DNA of 64,000 bases, taken from contig CAWFOU010000007.1 in assembly GCA_963817525.1 (NCBI GenBank), positions 800,001 to 864,000 on the forward strand, read 5' to 3'. The position numbers and the translations under genes were made by a program. Below the pieces are notes generated by a model, which ran no database searches, was not told the origin of the DNA, and worked only from the letters and a program-made list of their open reading frames with translations. Shown here in pieces: positions 9,203-17,800 of this stretch. The DNA comes from an uncultured archaeon (GTDB lineage Archaea > Thermoproteota > Nitrososphaeria > Nitrososphaerales > Gagatemarchaeaceae). How positions within the stretch are numbered: position 1 is the stretch's first letter; each line of letters begins with the position of its first letter.

Positions 9203-11317
9203 GAGCAGCTGGACCCCCTCCTCCCAGGAGACGTACTTGCCGCGGATGCCCTTTAGCATCTTCACGACGCTCTGGATGTCCCCGCCGTGCTGGAGGTAGA
9301 GGCTGATGAGCCTGCCTATAGCCTCGGCGTCGGCTTTCTCGTCGCCCCCTAGCTTGCCCAGGGTCACGAAGACCTCCTTCAGGGTGCCCGCCTCGTCCGA
9401 GTTGGCGGTGACGTAGAGCCCTCCCTGGGGCAGCTTGAGCTTCAGCGTCCGCCCGGTCATCACCTTGGGCCTCTCGAAGGCCGTGGGCGCCTCCTGCTTC
9501 GGCTCGGCCCTAGCGGCCGCCGCGCCCGCCTCCTTCTTCTTGTCGACGTTGGCCGTCTCGAGGATGCCCTCCCTGCTCCCCTCCCTGTAGACCGTGATGC
9601 CCTTGCACCCGAGCTTCCACGCCTGGAAGTAGATCTTGGCGACCTCCTCCGTGGAGGTGTCCTGGGCGAGGTTCACCGTGCTGGAGATGGCGGTGTCGAT
9701 GTGCTTCTGGATCGCGGCCTGCATCTTCACCCTCATCTCGGGCTTGATCTGGTGGGCCGTCACGAAGTACGAGGGCAGGGAGTTCTCGTCGGTGATGCGG
9801 AATACGCGCATGTACTCCTTCACGAGCGGGTGCCAGACCTTGAACTCGCCCTCGCTCAGCGACTTGCTCCTCCTCGTGTAGTATAGCGCGAAGACCGGCT
9901 CGACCCCGCTGGACGACCCCACGAAGATGGAGCCAGACCCGACCGGGGGCACCGTCGTGAGCGCAGAGTTCCTGATCCCCTGCGCCCTGATCTTGTCCTT
10001 GACCTTCGAGTCGAGCCTCTTGATGAAGGGCTGCGCCAGGTGCTTGTCAGCGTCGAAGGCGGGCGCCGGGCCCTTCTCCGTCGCGAGGTCGGTGGAGTAG
10101 TCGTAGATGATGTTCGTGATCCTGCTGAAGAGGCTGTCGACGAAGTCGACCGTCGCCTCGTCGTCGTACTTCATCCCCAGCTTGATCAGCATGTCCCCTA
10201 GCCCCGTCGTCCCGACGCCCACCCTCCTGGACCACAGGGAGGCCTTCTTCTGCTGGGGGAGCGGGTGCTTGTCGGCGTTGTAGTCGAGGACGTTGTCGAG
10301 GAACCTCGTGGCGTGCTGAGCAGCCATGGTGAGGCCGCTCCAGTCTATGCTGGCGCGGTCGGTGAACGCGTCCTTCACGAACGAGCTCAGGTTTATCGAG
10401 CCCAGGCAGCAGCAGCCGTAGTTCTCCAAGGTCTGCTCGCTGCACGGGTTGACGCCCTCCACCGCCATGCCGTTGTACTCGGTCGTCGAGTCCCTCTTGA
10501 TGGTGTCCCAGAAGATCAGGCCGGGCTCGTCGCTCTGCCAGGCCGCCTTTACGAGCTGATTCCAAACGTCCCTGGCGCGGACAGTCTTCTCGAACTTCAC
10601 CTTCTCGTTCTGGAACCTGAGGGTGAAGTCGGAGTCCTTCTCCACCGCGTTCATGAACTCGTCGGTGATCTTGACGGAGATGTTCGCATAGTTGACCTTC
10701 TTCAGGTCCTTCTTGACGTTGATGAAGTCGAAGATGTCGGGGTGGTCTACGCGCAGCGTGATCATCAGGGCGCCCCTCCTGCCCGCCTGCCCTATCGTCC
10801 CCGTCGTGGTCGATAGGAGCTCCATGAACGAGACCGAGCCGGAGCTGAAGATCGCCGAGTTGTTGACGGGCGTGCCGCGCGGCCTCAGCAGGGAGATGTC
10901 CGTGCCGACTCCGCCGCCGAAGCTGTAGGTCCTCGCCGCCTCCTTGCACCAGTCGAAGATGCCCTCTATCGAGTCTTCCCTGATCTTGAAGAAGTAGCAG
11001 TTGAGGAGCGTAGACCGCCTGGGCTGGCCTGCGCCGAACATTATCCTTCCGCCGGGTACAAATTTGAAATCGTCAAGTAGCCAATAGAACTTCTCCGTCC
11101 ATTCGTTCCTCTTCTCGTCGTTTACCTCAACCGAGGCGAGCTCGCGCGCCACCCTCCGCCAGAGCTGCTTCGGGGTCGTCTCGACCTGCTTGCCTGACTC
11201 GTCCCTCAGCGCGTACTTTTCGTAGAAGACCCGCGACCTGAGCTCGTCGCCGCCGAAAGCCTCGAGCGTCTCCTTTGGTAGGACGACCTCGGGCGCCTTC
11301 TGGAGCTGCTGCTCCAT
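9026..11317 (-). CDS. nrdJ: class II (B12-dependent) ribonucleotide reductase with C-terminal TSCPD-like and zinc-ribbon domains
   Basis: FVPGGRI, LNCY, GGGVG, RRGALM, NISV, EPG, NPCSE, CCLGSINL; no ATP cone. ATG at 11317 chosen for its RBS; ORF is open to 11428. Confidence 0.93.
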   Translation of the reverse strand: MEQQLQKAPEVVLPKETLEAFGGDELRSRVFYEKYALRDESGKQVETTPKQLWRRVARELASVEVNDEKRNEWTEKFYWLLDDFKFVPGGRIMFGAGQPRRSTLLNCYFFKIREDSIEGIFDWCKEAARTYSFGGGVGTDISLLRPRGTPVNNSAIFSSGSVSFMELLSTTTGTIGQAGRRGALMITLRVDHPDIFDFINVKKDLKKVNYANISVKITDEFMNAVEKDSDFTLRFQNEKVKFEKTVRARDVWNQLVKAAWQSDEPGLIFWDTIKRDSTTEYNGMAVEGVNPCSEQTLENYGCCCLGSINLSSFVKDAFTDRASIDWSGLTMAAQHATRFLDNVLDYNADKHPLPQQKKASLWSRRVGVGTTGLGDMLIKLGMKYDDEATVDFVDSLFSRITNIIYDYSTDLATEKGPAPAFDADKHLAQPFIKRLDSKVKDKIRAQGIRNSALTTVPPVGSGSIFVGSSSGVEPVFALYYTRRSKSLSEGEFKVWHPLVKEYMRVFRITDENSLPSYFVTAHQIKPEMRVKMQAAIQKHIDTAISSTVNLAQDTSTEEVAKIYFQAWKLGCKGITVYREGSREGILETANVDKKKEAGAAAARAEPKQEAPTAFERPKVMTGRTLKLKLPQGGLYVTANSDEAGTLKEVFVTLGKLGGDEKADAEAIGRLISLYLQHGGDIQSVVKMLKGIRGKYVSWEEGVQLLSIPDAVAKALEVLTSGKVNKESSVPLMRGGTCPDCNENAIIFESGCYKCTNCGYSKCE

Positions 11318-11627
11318 CACCTCTCCTTCTTTTTTAGATTCAACCTCAGTTGTCAAATGTGAAATCGCGCACTCTCTCCAATCCTGACCTTTATCTGGTT
11401 CTTGGTGGACGATTCCTTCACCAGACATACCCTTAAATGTTATTTCGAGCGTGTGTTTCTCAAGAAAGCTACCGTTACCCGCGGCTTACGCTCATCATTT
11501 CATCGGTGAAGGAAAGATACTGGCATGCCCGAGTGAAAACTGGGGCCGGAGCCTTGGCGGGCTCACGTCAAACTCTGGCGGCGCTGGGGTCCTGGGAGTG
11601 ATCCGGGCGGTCCAAGAATCCCGATCG

Positions 11628-11655
11628 CATCCTGTCAACTCTAGTTGACAGGATG
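11628..11655. repeat. perfect 13-bp inverted repeat (operator or hairpin)
   Basis: CATCCTGTCAACT-CT-AGTTGACAGGATG between the regulator-like gene and nrdJ. Confidence 0.8.
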
Positions 11656-11674
11656 TCAAACTGTTTTTGCTAAA

Positions 11675-13762
11675 TTATTCCGCTGTCGAATATTGCGCGG
11701 TGGCGGTCGACCTGCACTTGGTGCACCTCTCGGTCTTCGCGGGCAATTTTGACCCGCAGTTGCGGCAGAACGACACTATCTTCTCGATCCCGAAGAACTC
11801 GAGCTTGGCAGTCGCGCCCATCGTGAGGTTGTATATCCCGCGCATGTCGAGCGACGTCGCGTCGAGGTAGACCGACAGCCCTGCCGCGGCGCCCTGGCTG
11901 AGCTTCGAGATGTAGCCCATCGTCTCGGCGTTGTTGAGGTCCTCCATCGTCAGCCTGGCTGCCTGCGAGTATCCCCTCTTCTCCAGGCTCTGGAGGTTCG
12001 CCCTGCCATACCTCTCCGAGTCGAGTGCGGCCAGCCTCCCCGCCCCCTCCGCCTCGATGAGCGCTATCCCCAGGCGCTCGCTTTTCCCCGACCTCTCGGC
12101 TGCGGACTGCGCGGCGGTCCCCAGTACCTTCGCGGCGAGCTCCGCCCTGGCGCCGGGGGCTGCGTCCTTGCTCAGGCCGAAGAGGGCCTCGTCGAGCCCC
12201 ACCAGGTTCATCACTAGCGGCATCTCGTCGGAGCTCACGTTGTCCGACCCGAAGCTCAGCGCGGGCAGCAGCCCCTTGTTCATCACCCTCTCCAGGAGGC
12301 GCCTTCGCGTGATCAGCGCGTCCGACGCGACTCCCATGAGCATGGATAGCTTCGCCCTGAAGTACGTCTCGTCCTGGTTCGACTCGTAGGAGAGCCTCGG
12401 GAGGTTGATGCTCAGGTTGTGCAGGACGCTGACGTTGTCGGCCTGGTGGTCCGCCGGGAGGATGTCGAGGTTGATGCCCAGGGAGCTCCTCTTCTGCCCT
12501 GAGGGGAAGAACGCGACCTTCCCGCCGTGAAACGCTATCGCCGCCGCGTCCTTGAGGTAGGAGCTGTCTTCCGACTTGTTCGGTTTCGCCAACAGGAGGC
12601 GGACCTCCGGCCTCGGGACCTGCTCGACGTAGTCCCTGTATGCGTCGAGGGTCGCGGCGAGGGTCTTCTCCATGAGCTCCCGCCCCGCGTCGTCCTTGGC
12701 GTAGATGTCCAGCTGCAGGGTCACCGAAGGCCTCTGGGTGGGCTGGAGCACCGAGGAGACCTGGTCGAAGAACTTGACGAGCGCGTCTGCCACGTCGCGC
12801 TTCGTCCTCGACCTGGTGAACTGCGCGAGGTACTGGAGGAAGTTCCTGTAGACAATCTCCTGGTTCGCCTCCTTCTTGATGAGGGGGGTGATGTTTGAGA
12901 TGACGTTGATGGCCTCCTCCAGGTTCCCGGGGCTCTGGAGCATCGGGACGCCGGGAAGCCTCCCCTTAGGGTTGAACCCCGACGCGCGGACTGAGAGGAG
13001 GTCGAGGAATATCGTGTCGGGGAGGAGCGCCCACGTCCCCGCCTCCGAGATGTGGATGTCCCCGTTGAGGTGGGCGTCAGAGACGTCCCTGGGGAGCTGC
13101 TCGAGGAGGAGGTACTCGGAGAAGACGGACTTGCCCGTCTGGTGCAGCAGGGACTCCGCGTCCCCGCCGTCGCCCCCCGCCTTGGCGAGGAGCTGGGTGA
13201 CGTCGAACACGGGGAGGCCGAGTCGCGTGAGCTTGTGCCTGTACTCCTCGAGGTTCTGCTCGACGAGGAGCGAGTTGACCATCTCCCTGATGAGGGGGGC
13301 GGTCAGGTACTGGGTCTGGAACTTGTAGAGGCGGGACTCCGTCTCGCTGGTGATCTTCTGGGCGAGCTCGACGGGCATCCCCGCCTCCTTGACCAGCGAC
13401 TGGAGGATCTTGTCCGCGTTGAACTCCTCCATGGCCTGGCGGGTAGTCCTGACGTAGAGCTTCCCGCTCTCGATGAGCGACTGCTCCTCTATCTGCCGCG
13501 TGAGGTTGAGGACGAGCCTCCCGAGGTTGGTGACCGTGTACTTGCGCTCCTGCCTGTTGAGCTGGATGAGGAGCTGGCGGACGAGCTTCCTCAGGTGGTA
13601 GGCGAACTTGCCCGACTCCTTCTTCGACTTGAATCCGGCGAGCGACTTTAGCGCGCTGTAGGTGAGAGGGCCCTTGACGTTGAGTATCTTTAGGATCTCC
13701 AGCCTCTGCGGAGAGGCGATGACGCTGTAAATTGTCCTGACACGGCGAGGAGCGGCTTGCAT
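11675..13762 (-). CDS. ArsR-type HTH + ATP-cone + NrdD-like domain protein
   Basis: N-terminal RLEILKIL...AYHLRKL HTH; EEFNADKI...LVKEAG ATP cone; AHLNGDIHI and SINLPRL NrdD-like motifs; ends at CxxC...CxxC without a glycyl-radical motif. Confidence 0.85.
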   Translation of the reverse strand: MQAAPRRVRTIYSVIASPQRLEILKILNVKGPLTYSALKSLAGFKSKKESGKFAYHLRKLVRQLLIQLNRQERKYTVTNLGRLVLNLTRQIEEQSLIESGKLYVRTTRQAMEEFNADKILQSLVKEAGMPVELAQKITSETESRLYKFQTQYLTAPLIREMVNSLLVEQNLEEYRHKLTRLGLPVFDVTQLLAKAGGDGGDAESLLHQTGKSVFSEYLLLEQLPRDVSDAHLNGDIHISEAGTWALLPDTIFLDLLSVRASGFNPKGRLPGVPMLQSPGNLEEAINVISNITPLIKKEANQEIVYRNFLQYLAQFTRSRTKRDVADALVKFFDQVSSVLQPTQRPSVTLQLDIYAKDDAGRELMEKTLAATLDAYRDYVEQVPRPEVRLLLAKPNKSEDSSYLKDAAAIAFHGGKVAFFPSGQKRSSLGINLDILPADHQADNVSVLHNLSINLPRLSYESNQDETYFRAKLSMLMGVASDALITRRRLLERVMNKGLLPALSFGSDNVSSDEMPLVMNLVGLDEALFGLSKDAAPGARAELAAKVLGTAAQSAAERSGKSERLGIALIEAEGAGRLAALDSERYGRANLQSLEKRGYSQAARLTMEDLNNAETMGYISKLSQGAAAGLSVYLDATSLDMRGIYNLTMGATAKLEFFGIEKIVSFCRNCGSKLPAKTERCTKCRSTATAQYSTAE

Positions 13763-13802
13763 GTCTTCACACGCATGGAGTCTAAACTATATAATGATGA
13801 CA

Positions 13803-14154
13803 TCACCGAGAGTCAAATAAAATCCACTCCCTCTGATGGAATGGCCGACGATATCGTAAGATTGGGCATAGTGTAGATTTCGCCCGCAGCACACGATGCT
13901 TACTTGACGAGTTCTTCCTCAGCTTGCTAAATGACCGAAGATTCTCAACCAGCTCCCAGAACTCATCGTAGCTCCTGCCTCTACGATAGACCTGCAAGAG
14001 CTGCTTGACAAGATCACTTTCGATTTCTGCTAGTTCTTCGGCCAGAGCGTTTCTTTCCTCCCGACTTACCAATAATCGCTTCCACCGCTTTCTCCGCTAG
14101 CTTCCGTCGCTCCTCTTTGGACAAGCTGGAAATCTTCTCCTCGTCGCTTAGCAT
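13803..14154 (-). CDS. two overlapping short AT-rich ORFs (14014-14154 and 13803-14072), possibly one frameshifted gene
   Basis: GGAGGAG before ATG at 14154; related motifs SKEERRKLAE and SREERNALAE. Confidence 0.4.
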
Positions 14155-14218
14155 TCTTCAAGCTCCTCCTTCCCGCCTATTACTCGTGCTCGATATTTAA
14201 ACGGCATCGGCGTGAATT

Positions 14219-14371
14219 TGGTGGGGTCGCCCGGATTTGAACCGGGGGTCTCAAGCGCGCTCGGACTAAGCAAAAGCGATTTTGCCGTAGTCTCCCAAGG
14301 CTTGAAGCCTAGACCAGACTAGCCCCGCGACTCGAGCAGCAGCCCGATTATGCGGCCTAGCCGACGACCCC
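14219..14371 (-). tRNA. tRNA-Pro(UGG) with two introns (15/16, 38 nt; 37/38, 36 nt), CCA encoded
   Basis: GGGGTCG/CGACCCC acceptor stem, CAAGC/GCTTG anticodon stem, TTCAAAT T-loop; canonical BHB at 37/38 (CTTG/CGAG helix, GACTA/TAGTC inner stem); relaxed BHB at 15/16. Confidence 0.92.
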
Positions 14372-14389
14372 CGGCGTCCGCATGGATGG

Positions 14390-14402
14390 TTTTTATTAAA
14401 AC
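14390..14402. promoter_or_regulatory. AT-rich TATA element, likely bidirectional (tRNA-Pro and LAGLIDADG gene)
   Basis: TTTTTATTAAAA about 20-30 nt from the tRNA 5' end and just upstream of the endonuclease ORF. Confidence 0.6.
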
Positions 14403-14416
14403 GATTCTAATCTATC

Positions 14417-14959
14417 GTGCGGGCTGTTTCAATACGCAGTTCCAGAATCGCAATAATGGCCTATCTAATCGGATTATTTGATGGCGAAGGCTGCCTGACA
14501 ATAAACGTCGAGAAAGACAAGAGGAAAGGAGCTATTTCAGAAGTCGGAGCATGGAGAATAATCCCATGCGTCCAATTCACCAATTCGGATAACGCCCTCG
14601 TCTTGGCGATTGACAGAATGCTCAAGACTCTTGGTCAGCATCCCACTATCCAAAGATATCCAAATGGGTCGGCTCACGTTAGACTCTGGCGTGCAAGTGA
14701 AATCGAGGCATTTTGTAGAGAAGCCATGATGTTTTCGAATGGCGCCAAATCGGCGCAGCTCTCCATATTCATCAACAAACTAATCCCCATTTTCGAATCT
14801 CGTCCTCTCATGGGCAAGAGAGGAGGAAGGATTTGGACCACGACGCTGTTTCTCCAAGCAATGACTCTGATAGATGAGATTAATCAATTCAAGAGAAGTC
14901 GAAGGACGGCTCGTCGTTACAGCCGGGCATACTTCGCAGCGCTCTGGAATTTGCAGTAG
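14417..14959 (+). CDS. single-motif LAGLIDADG homing endonuclease
   Basis: YLIGLFDGEGCL motif, VQFTNSD, 180 aa, AT-rich codons. Confidence 0.9.
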   Translation: MRAVSIRSSRIAIMAYLIGLFDGEGCLTINVEKDKRKGAISEVGAWRIIPCVQFTNSDNALVLAIDRMLKTLGQHPTIQRYPNGSAHVRLWRASEIEAFCREAMMFSNGAKSAQLSIFINKLIPIFESRPLMGKRGGRIWTTTLFLQAMTLIDEINQFKRSRRTARRYSRAYFAALWNLQ

Positions 14960-14964
14960 CCTCG

Positions 14965-14981
14965 GACTAGCCGACGACCCC
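14965..14981 (-). repeat. stranded duplicate of tRNA-Pro 5' end
   Basis: Minus strand GGGGTCGTCGGCTAGTC equals nt 1-17 of the spliced tRNA-Pro; lies 5 nt past the LAGLIDADG stop. Confidence 0.9.
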
Positions 14982-15009
14982 TACGCCCCCCTCTCCGCCC
15001 ATTCGTTAG

Positions 15010-15591
15010 TTATGCATTCCTCTTTGAGACGAAGGGACTCCCCTCGACGAAGAAGCGCCACGGCAGCTCCTTCGCCTTGCTTATCCCTATCCTGGCCGAC
15101 GCCTTGACGGGCACGACCCCCTCCTTATCGACGACGTAGATCCTCTTGGAGGTCACCAGGTCCTCACCGTTGAAGCCCCCGTCGATCTCGAGGGCCTGCG
15201 TGAGGTTTCCCGGCCCGTTGGCGAGTCTCTGGAGCTCGGACACGCCTCGGTTTCTCATCATCTTCTCGACCCCCTCCATCGGCTCCAAGGCCCGGATCAA
15301 GATCCCCCCGGGCTCCCCAGGCTTCTCGGCGGTGAAGTTCAGGCACCAGTGGTTCCCGTAGGAGAAGAACATGTAGACGTGCCCGGCCTCCCCGAACATG
15401 ACGGCGCTCCTCTTGGTCGCCCTCCGATACGAGTGGCTCGCCGGGTCGTCGGTGCCCCGATAGGCCTCCGCCTCCACGATCCTCCCCGAGAGCACGCTCC
15501 TCCCCACCCTTCTCACGAGCACGCACCCCAGGAGCTCCCGCGCGACGTCGAGAGTGTATCGAGAGTAGAAGCTACGGCCGAGGCGGTCCAC
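15010..15591 (-). CDS. mpg: 3-methyladenine DNA glycosylase (MPG/AAG family)
   Basis: VARELLG, GRIVEAEAY, DPASHS, YGNHWCLN, GILIRALEP, NGPGNLTQAL, RIGI. Confidence 0.93.
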   Translation of the reverse strand: MDRLGRSFYSRYTLDVARELLGCVLVRRVGRSVLSGRIVEAEAYRGTDDPASHSYRRATKRSAVMFGEAGHVYMFFSYGNHWCLNFTAEKPGEPGGILIRALEPMEGVEKMMRNRGVSELQRLANGPGNLTQALEIDGGFNGEDLVTSKRIYVVDKEGVVPVKASARIGISKAKELPWRFFVEGSPFVSKRNA

Positions 15592-15616
15592 ATGGCCCCC
15601 CGAGCTCGCCTGCTTA

Positions 15617-16192
15617 TCAGGCCTGCTTGTTGCTCAGGGGGTTGAGCCTCCAGACAAAGCGCATGGACACGGCGTACGTCACAGGGTAGGAGAGGATCGC
15701 TCCCACGATGCTCCCGAAGATCGGCGACAGGGCAATCGCCGCGAGCAGGACGAGCTGGACCAACACGATTATGATATTCCCCAGCAGCTTGGCGAGCTGG
15801 TACTTGACCCACCTCATCGACCAGCTGGCGGTGGTCCTCGAGTCGAGCTTCGTGACCGTGACCCTCTCGTTCACCAGGAAGGCCACCGTGGAGCCCGCGC
15901 CGAGGGCGAGCGCGTCGAGCCCCAAGATCGTAGGGGAGTCCGAGATGCCTGGCACCCCGATGGCGTGGTAGAGGACGAAGACCCCGAGGATAAGTATCCC
16001 CTCGGCGAAAATGAACCCGAGCCCGGTCGCGATCGCGAACTTGATTATCCTGAGGACGGCGAACCTCTCGACGAACCCGGGACGGGAGCCCTCCGTGTTC
16101 AATGCGCCCCCTGAAGACTCGCCGGGAATAAGGGTTGGGTATGCAGGATTCTCCTCCTTTTTCGAGGTCAAGAGGAGATACCTGGATTCCAT
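15617..16192 (-). CDS. GtrA-like membrane protein
   Basis: IIKFAIA...FLVNERVT...MRFVW, four TM helices; start uncertain. Confidence 0.7.
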   Translation of the reverse strand: MESRYLLLTSKKEENPAYPTLIPGESSGGALNTEGSRPGFVERFAVLRIIKFAIATGLGFIFAEGILILGVFVLYHAIGVPGISDSPTILGLDALALGAGSTVAFLVNERVTVTKLDSRTTASWSMRWVKYQLAKLLGNIIIVLVQLVLLAAIALSPIFGSIVGAILSYPVTYAVSMRFVWRLNPLSNKQA

Positions 16193-16235
16193 AAACTCTT
16201 TACGCCTCCGGAGCCTCGCGCGGGCACGTGAGAGC

Positions 16236-16844
16236 GTGAAGGGCCTGGCGGCAGTCGTCATAGTGTTCTTCGTCGCCGTCGCCGGGGCGTCCGCCTATGG
16301 CATAGCCAGCTCCGTCGCCTACACGCCTCCCTCCGCGACCCCCCCGGCGACGAACCCGGGGGCGGCCGCTGCCGAGGGCCAAAACAGCAGCGGCGCGAGC
16401 CCGTCGTGCACGGAAAAGTTGGCGAAGACCGTCAATAGCCAAGGTTACGAGCTACAGACGTTCCTCCCCTCCACGTCGGCCAAGAAGGGCGACGTCGTGT
16501 GCATCAACGTCGTCCTCCTCAACATCTACGGGAGGAACCTGACCCTCGGGTCCCATTCGGGGTACGTCACGTCCTACAACATAACCGAGAGCGACGGCGC
16601 GGTGGTCTACCAAAAGTCCTGCACCACGACGCCGCCGGTGGTCTCCTCCGGAAATGCCTCCAACTCGGGAAGCCCGATAGGCTCCTGGAGCTGCGCCGGC
16701 TATTGGTCTACGGGCATGGCCTACGACGGGATGGTCCCGAGCGCCGGGACCTACGACGTCGTGGTGACCGCCTTCGTGCCGGAGATGGTGGGGCTGGCGC
16801 AGTGGGAGGTCGGCTCCACTACCACCATCACGCTCTCCGGCTGA
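16236..16844 (+). CDS. membrane-anchored extracellular protein
   Basis: N-terminal hydrophobic helix, P/T/S linker, beta-rich domain ending GTYDVVV; start inferred. Confidence 0.6.
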   Translation: MKGLAAVVIVFFVAVAGASAYGIASSVAYTPPSATPPATNPGAAAAEGQNSSGASPSCTEKLAKTVNSQGYELQTFLPSTSAKKGDVVCINVVLLNIYGRNLTLGSHSGYVTSYNITESDGAVVYQKSCTTTPPVVSSGNASNSGSPIGSWSCAGYWSTGMAYDGMVPSAGTYDVVVTAFVPEMVGLAQWEVGSTTTITLSG

Positions 16845-16882
16845 GGCTCGAGCGCGCCGATCCTCGCCCGTCGGCTTGTTTA

Positions 16883-17542
16883 TTGCCGACCCCGCTCCAA
16901 GAGCGGCGAAGGACTGAGACCACGGCCTTCGCGAGCAGAGCGCTGACAGCGGTCCTGGTTGTCGTCATCTTGGCCATTGCCGGCGCGTTTGGGATATACT
17001 ACGCCAGCACGTCAGCCACCCTCTCCGCCCAGGGGCAGTCGATTTCCGCCCTCGAATCGACCGCCAGCTCTCTCGCGTCCCACCCCGTCACCTCGACCGC
17101 CACCAGCGTCTCTACGCAGACAGAAACGACCACCTCCGTCTCGACCACCCGGACTGTGATCGGGATCACAACCACCCAATTCCCGGGCCTGCCTTGGCCC
17201 AGCGCCATTTTCCTGACCTCTTCGGATGGGGGCTGCAACGGGATCTGTCTCACCACCAGCTTGAGCGGAGCGATCGTCTTCATCTGCCCTAACCCAATCA
17301 CGACGGCTACGCAAAGTTGCCCGGTCACCTTTTACAGCACCTTAGGCGAGGAAAACATGTCTATTGTCGTCACGTACCCCGAGTACAACCAGACCAACGA
17401 GATGCCCGTCGACAACTGCGAGTACGACGCCCATTGGCTTCCGAGCGGGACGCTTGTGGCCGCAGGCCAGGGCTACGATTTCTGCCTCCAGGTCGGGTCG
17501 AACGCGCTTGTGGTCGCGCAGCAGGCCCCTGGCCCAGTCTAA
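16883..17542 (+). CDS. membrane-anchored S/T-rich extracellular protein
   Basis: TM helix, Thr/Ser linker, Cys-containing C-terminal domain; start uncertain. Confidence 0.55.
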   Translation: MPTPLQERRRTETTAFASRALTAVLVVVILAIAGAFGIYYASTSATLSAQGQSISALESTASSLASHPVTSTATSVSTQTETTTSVSTTRTVIGITTTQFPGLPWPSAIFLTSSDGGCNGICLTTSLSGAIVFICPNPITTATQSCPVTFYSTLGEENMSIVVTYPEYNQTNEMPVDNCEYDAHWLPSGTLVAAGQGYDFCLQVGSNALVVAQQAPGPV

Positions 17543-17574
17543 TTATCCAAGACTGGCGCAGTTTATGGAAAAGA

Positions 17575-17714
17575 TGGTGGGGACGGCCGGACTTGAACCG
17601 ACGGATCACAGGTATCGCCGCTCCGATGGGAAATCATCCACGCAAGCGTGTCATCAAACTTTTTGTCGTTTGACCACTGGAGCCTGTTGCCATGCCTGTC
17701 TAGGCTACGTCCCC
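17575..17714 (-). tRNA. tRNA-Trp(CCA) with about 63-nt intron at 37/38
   Basis: GGGGACG/CGTCCCC acceptor stem, ACAGG-CT-CCA-G...A-CCTGT, TTCAAGT T-loop, ACCA end. Confidence 0.9.
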
Positions 17715-17800
17715 CCATCGAGACCGCCGAGACAGGGCGGGGATTAAAAGCTCAACGCAGGCGTTACGAAGAATCTTCCGAAGGGCCCCTGATTTGATTG

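Noticed and set aside
11675-13762. Call as a functional anaerobic RNR (nrdD)
   Set aside because: No glycyl-radical loop, no catalytic cysteines, no activase nearby
14219-14981. Integrase-type attL/attR provirus at tRNA-Pro
   Set aside because: The repeat is the tRNA 5' end rather than the 3' half, the insert is only about 600 bp, and no recombinase gene is present
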